This document shows positions 61,251 through 64,000 of a DNA stretch of 64,000 bases, piece after piece. How positions within the stretch are numbered: position 1 is the stretch's first letter; the number at the start of each line of letters is the position of its first letter. The stretch covers positions 558,001-622,000 of the forward strand of contig JAYWIR010000004.1 in the NCBI GenBank assembly GCA_036172245.1, in the 5' to 3' direction. Position numbers and translations under genes: made by a program. The notes beneath the pieces are model-generated. The model did no database searches. It was given only the letters and a program-made list of their open reading frames with translations, and was not told the DNA's origin. This stretch comes from Raillietiella orientalis (taxonomy: Eukaryota).

Positions 61251-64000
61251 GAGCGAAGAACCTTCCTGGATCAGCAGACCGCTTCGCTAGTCACCAATCA
61301 AATCAGAAGTTCCTCGGGGCTCTTCCTGAAGCTCCTTCACGCATCCTAAGGAGTCTTCAAGGATTCTCGTAGAACTCCAAGGATCCTCCTTCTGGACCAT
61401 CCCACACGTCGTCAATCTCGCGAGAATCCTCAAAGGTCGTCTTCACCCCACCCATCAGCTCCGAAGGCACGTCGCGAACTCGACCACTGGAAGCGCCCGA
61501 GTCCACGCAGTGGACTCCGGCACGTTCCCGGGGTAGCTGGGAAATTCCCGCCCAGCTCGGGCTGCAGTGAAAGGACGCGGATCGGACCCAAGGAGCAAGT
61601 GCTGTCGATCTAGATGAGGCGGGAGCCTCAAGGTCACGAGGACGCTCCCTCGCGATCTCCCGCGGTGCCTATGGGAGAGGCGGATGTCGACGCGCGGCGC
61701 ACCCCACGGGAAGGCGGGTCACTAGCGAGAGTGTGTTTCCCAGGACGCGCTGGAACAAATCTCGGGGGAAGAAGGTACAGGGAGCTCTCGCACCAGCCTC
61801 GACGCGCTGAAATGAAGTTTTTGAAGGGAATTCGCGGCCGACCCGCGCTCCCTCTTCATGGGAACCGCAGGGAATCCCTCAGCCCTCGGAGGACGGCAGA
61901 GCATGGATCCACTTCTCCGCACCTACCGCGGGCAGACCGAGATCGCTCCACGGAGGCGGCTGAGACCTCCAGCGCGCATATGCGCACGACAGCGTTCTGT
62001 GCCACTTCTGTGAGCGCCCTCTCGCGGCGGCAGCGACAAAGTCGCGTAGGTCGAAGTCGATCCGAGAGCTACGGTGCGTGCTCAAGAAACGCGGAGCTTG
62101 GCACGTGACGGAGCTACTCCAGCCCCTCTGCCGTCCCGCCTTCCTGTCTTCCCTCTTCCCATCCCTTCCCAAGCGGCAGCGGATGCGCGGCTTCCCTGCA
62201 TAGAAGAAAAAAAACACATTTCCGCCTCGGGAGGCCTAAGGCACGGCGTTTTTCGGAGCGCGGACGCCCCATCGTTGCTCTTTCCCCCCCTTCCCTCTTC
62301 CTTCCCTCCCCTTCCCGCTTTTTTTTTTTTTTTTTATGTTTCTTCCTCCATTCCGCGCCCGCGCCCGCGCGAGACGCCGGCCATGAGGAAGAGAGGAGAG
62401 GCGGCGGTCGCTGCCCTGGAAATCGCAACCGTCAGTAGGAAGGCTGAGAGGGAGGAGGAAGTCTTCCCAGCAGACGGAGGAAGATCGGTTGAAGAGTCCC
62501 GGGGACGCTTGGCGAGAAGGGGGTTCCGGTTGGCCTAGCGCAGCACAAAAACTGGAGCAAATTGGGGAGTTAATTGCTGGCGTTCATTCGCGTTGCTTAG
62601 CTGCCCCTCCTAGGTAACAACGCTCTCGCGCCACCACCAGCCTCCCCCCCCCCTTCTCCTTCTCGTCGACGCGGTGATCCGTCCATCCTGCAGCAGCTGT
62701 TGCGAGTTTCGCTCGCGGTCTCCCGGGGAAGCTCATCCGAGGTCCTTTTGGACACCGCGCCGTTCCCTTCCAATACCCTGGAGCCAACACGGAAGTAAAG
62801 GTTCCCCTCTGATGAACTTCACGTACCCCACAACCTTTCCTTGAGGCCCCCACGAGGGGATCTCCGCTCTCGGAGCCATTTACGACAAAGCCTCGGACGA
62901 TTCGTTCTCGCCCTCCTATTCCAGACTGCCGACTTTTACGACGACTTCCCCTCCCCCGCGCCAGAGAAAGCCCCGCGCTCCGTTGAGCCATCCGAAGGAA
63001 GCTGCAACCGCTGGCGGGACCGGGAATTGAATGCGCCTCAGGTCACCTTGGGCGCGCTCGAACTCCCAAGGTGGCCACTTTTACGAAAAGGAAGCACACA
63101 CGCAGTAGCGGGAGCCCCACGGGGCGAAATGGGAGCGCCAATGGTGGAGACCCAGAAAGCAACGGAGCAGCAGCCGCGGAGGATGCTGCAGCAGAACTTT
63201 CCAGGAATCTTCGCACCTCCAGCGGACGGGAGGCTGTTTCCCGGAGTCACCAAGCCGGATGGCGTCCAGTCGTCCGGAAGATGCTTTCAGGTACTCGCTT
63301 CGCAGCCACCACTGCTTGTTCCGCGCCTCCGTGGAAACCGATTCGACCCCCGGAAAAACGTGTCTCGCAACAGGAGAGCCATTTCGATTGACGGGGGCCC
63401 TTCTGTTGAAGGGGAGCGGAGGAGAAGCAGGCAGAGTTGACACATGTCAAGGAAGACAGGCCGCAGGTCCCATACCGGCAAACTCTCTGGAGGCATCTCT
63501 TCGTGGGGACGCGTGAGCAACCCGAATCTCAAGAGAAGGCGTCAGCGGAAGGTTCCTCTTCCGTTTCGCTTGTTCCCCAGTTCCAGCAGCCACTTCCGAA
63601 AAAGAAGCCTCTCCGAGACCCGGCAAAAGGGGAGACTCGGAAGCTGCATCTTCACGGCGCTCATCCGTGTATGTTACGGCAGTGCCCTCCAGGAAGCGGT
63701 TGCCAGAAGTATGGGGCCTTCCGGAAACAGCGGACGGATTAGGAAGCAGACCAGCGAGCCGATCGGGAAGAGCTCCCCGTTCCGTGCGTGGTCAGTGCAC
63801 CACCTGACGGTTATAGGTCCGCTCTACGACCGGGTGGGCCTCATCGGACTCATCCTTTTGCTTTCGATGCGTGCCAAGGCCCGTGGTCTTCTTTTCGCTG
63901 CACGACGGCGTCCGAAGGTTTCCAGTGTGAACTGGGAGATGGAGTGCGTTCCCGGCGAAGCTTCCAAGAGATTGGAAAACGCGAGGCGGCGCCTCCGGGC

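Overview
Eukaryotic (animal) genomic DNA with very short GT-AG introns, mostly 36-55 nt; a nematode-like invertebrate is an inference. Four protein-coding genes are supported: AUP1 (-), a p24-alpha/TMED9-like gene (+) and sulfite oxidase SUOX (-) sit in an AT-rich island at ~13.7-29.6 kb, and an Inscuteable homolog (+) sits in GC-rich DNA at ~56.5-59 kb. The AT-rich island is bracketed by an apparently identical 2.29-kb inverted repeat (11400-13690 / 29576-31866). Most of the remaining sequence looks like heavily decayed DNA-transposon relics with Mutator/MULE-like motifs. There are also at least four copies of a ~0.3-0.5-kb tRNA-headed SINE-like repeat and a near-identical 572-bp direct repeat. 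Nearly all long ORFs in the GC-rich parts look spurious. No CRISPR array, rRNA or convincing tRNA gene was seen.
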